64,000 nt of DNA, taken from positions 6,882,001-6,946,000 of the forward strand of contig OZ024760.1 of the NCBI GenBank assembly GCA_964016885.1, in the 5' to 3' direction. Positions 62,658 to 64,000 of the stretch are shown here, one piece after another. Under the pieces are notes generated by a model, which was not told where the DNA came from, did no database searches, and worked only from the letters and a program-made list of their open reading frames with translations. The stretch comes from Eledone cirrhosa. Lineage: Eukaryota. Positions within the stretch are counted from its first letter, which is position 1. Each line of letters opens with the position of its first letter. The translations under genes were made by a program, and so were the position numbers.

Positions 62658-64000
62658 AATAGTGGTTTGCATCTCCCCCAGATCGATCCAATAGAGGGAC
62701 CAGCAGTGTTAGTTGAAGGTAGTATAATAAGTAAGGCAATCAAAGATATGAAGACGGGTAAGGCGGCTGGGCCTTCGGAAATAGTTGCTGAGATGCTGAA
62801 GGCATCTGGTTCGGTGGGACACACCATGGTCACCCGGATAGTTAACCAAGTCGTACAGAATGGGGTTGTTCCGAAGGAATGGCGTAGCAGCATCATCGTT
62901 AACTGCTATAAGGGAAAAGGAGATGCCCTAGATAGGAGTAACTATAGAGGCATTAAATTAATCGACCAGGTCATGAAGGTCACGGAAAAAGTAATAGCGC
63001 AACTAATCAGAGAGAGAATTGATCTAGATGAAATGCAGTTCGGGTTTGTGTCAGGCAAAAGTACCACAGACGCTCTTTTCATTGTACGACAACTACAGGA
63101 GAAGTACCTAGCTAAAAGTAAACCCCTATACTTAGCTTTTGTCGACTTGGAGAAAGCCTTCGACAGAGTCCCCCGTTCCATTATCTGGTGGTCTCTTAGA
63201 AAACTAGGTGTTGACGAATGGCTTGTGAGAGCTATACAAGCCATGTATAAAGAAACAGTCAGTAAGGTTAGAATTAACAACGAATATAGTGAAGAGTTTA
63301 GCGTAAAAGTTGGTGTCCATCAGGGCTCTGTACTTAGCCCCCTACTATTTATTATTGCCCTTCAGGCTATAACAGAGGAGTTCAAGACCGGCTGCCCATG
63401 GGAACTCCTATACGCAGATGATCTAACGCTCATAGCTGAATCAATGACCGAACTAGAGAAGAAATTCCAAACGTGGAAGCACGGCCTAGAATCAAAAGGC
63501 CTTAAAATTAACCTGGCTAAGACTAAAGTTCTAGTTTGTAGGAAAGAAAATAAGGCGGCGGTCCCATCGGGGAAATGGCCATGCTCAGTGTGTAGGAAAG
63601 GCGTAGGTAGAAACTCCATTTTATGTCCCAAATGCAAAGTATGGGTGCATAAAAGATGTAGTGGGATCACAGGTAAGCTAACTAAGAACATAGATTTTAC
63701 ATGTGGCCGGTGCTCTGGTGCAATAAGTAGCAGCAAGTGTCCACAAAATACTAGCTCCTTCAACTGCGCAGAGGGTTCTATAGAAATAGTGGATAGCTTC
63801 CGTTATCTGGGTGACAAAATCAGCAGTGGGGGAGGGTGCTCTGAAAGTACAGTAGCTAGAGTCAGAACTGGATGGAAAAAGTTCAGAGAGCTTATACCAC
63901 TATTAGCCGCTAGAGGGTTCTCCCTAAAAATGAAAGGCAGGTTATACGATGCCTGCATACGAACAGCAATGCTGCATGGCAGTGAGACCTGGGCATTGTG
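62658..64000 (+). mobile_element. Young, 5'-truncated RTE LINE; uninterrupted RT reading frame running off the window
   Basis: Open frame from 62658 (first ATG 62748): MKTGKAAGPS...YKGKGDALDRSNYRGIKL...QFGF...AFVDLEKAFDRVP...GVHQGSVLSPLLF...LLYADDL (63411)...PHD-like finger...LHGSETW. Absent from the ORF track because no stop falls inside the window. No APE endonuclease domain is seen upstream. Confidence 0.95.

Noticed and set aside
62642-63763. Minus-strand ORFs over the RTE (and similar antisense ORFs near 31.2, 45, 49.6-50.3 and 55.4-56.1 kb)
   Set aside because: Antisense shadows of LINE coding sequence.

Overview
Eukaryotic (animal) genomic DNA, very repeat-rich. The SINE/RTE content and microsatellite density suggest an octopod cephalopod (inference). 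One host gene is supported: a minus-strand ZFAND5/6-type A20/AN1 zinc-finger gene. It has three phase-compatible coding exons (28586-28816, 15858-16016, 2293-2397); the last AN1 exon is not seen and probably lies left of the window. A likely non-coding first exon (~40435-40555) sits behind a compact CCAAT/CRE/CLEAR-like/TATA promoter that may be bidirectional. The remainder is mobile and tandem DNA: an ~11.6-kb intronic 48-bp minisatellite (source of the two giant spurious ORFs), several smaller arrays grown from the same LINE/SINE 3' module, tRNA-headed SINEs sharing their tail with RTE LINEs, a young RTE ORF with a PHD-like finger, an internally deleted Helitron, and piggyBac-, hAT- and mariner-type MITEs. 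There are also two inverted-repeat pairs whose arms each fold into a minimal type I hammerhead ribozyme with covarying stems. No prokaryotic systems or CRISPR arrays are present. Most ORF-track entries are repeat artefacts.
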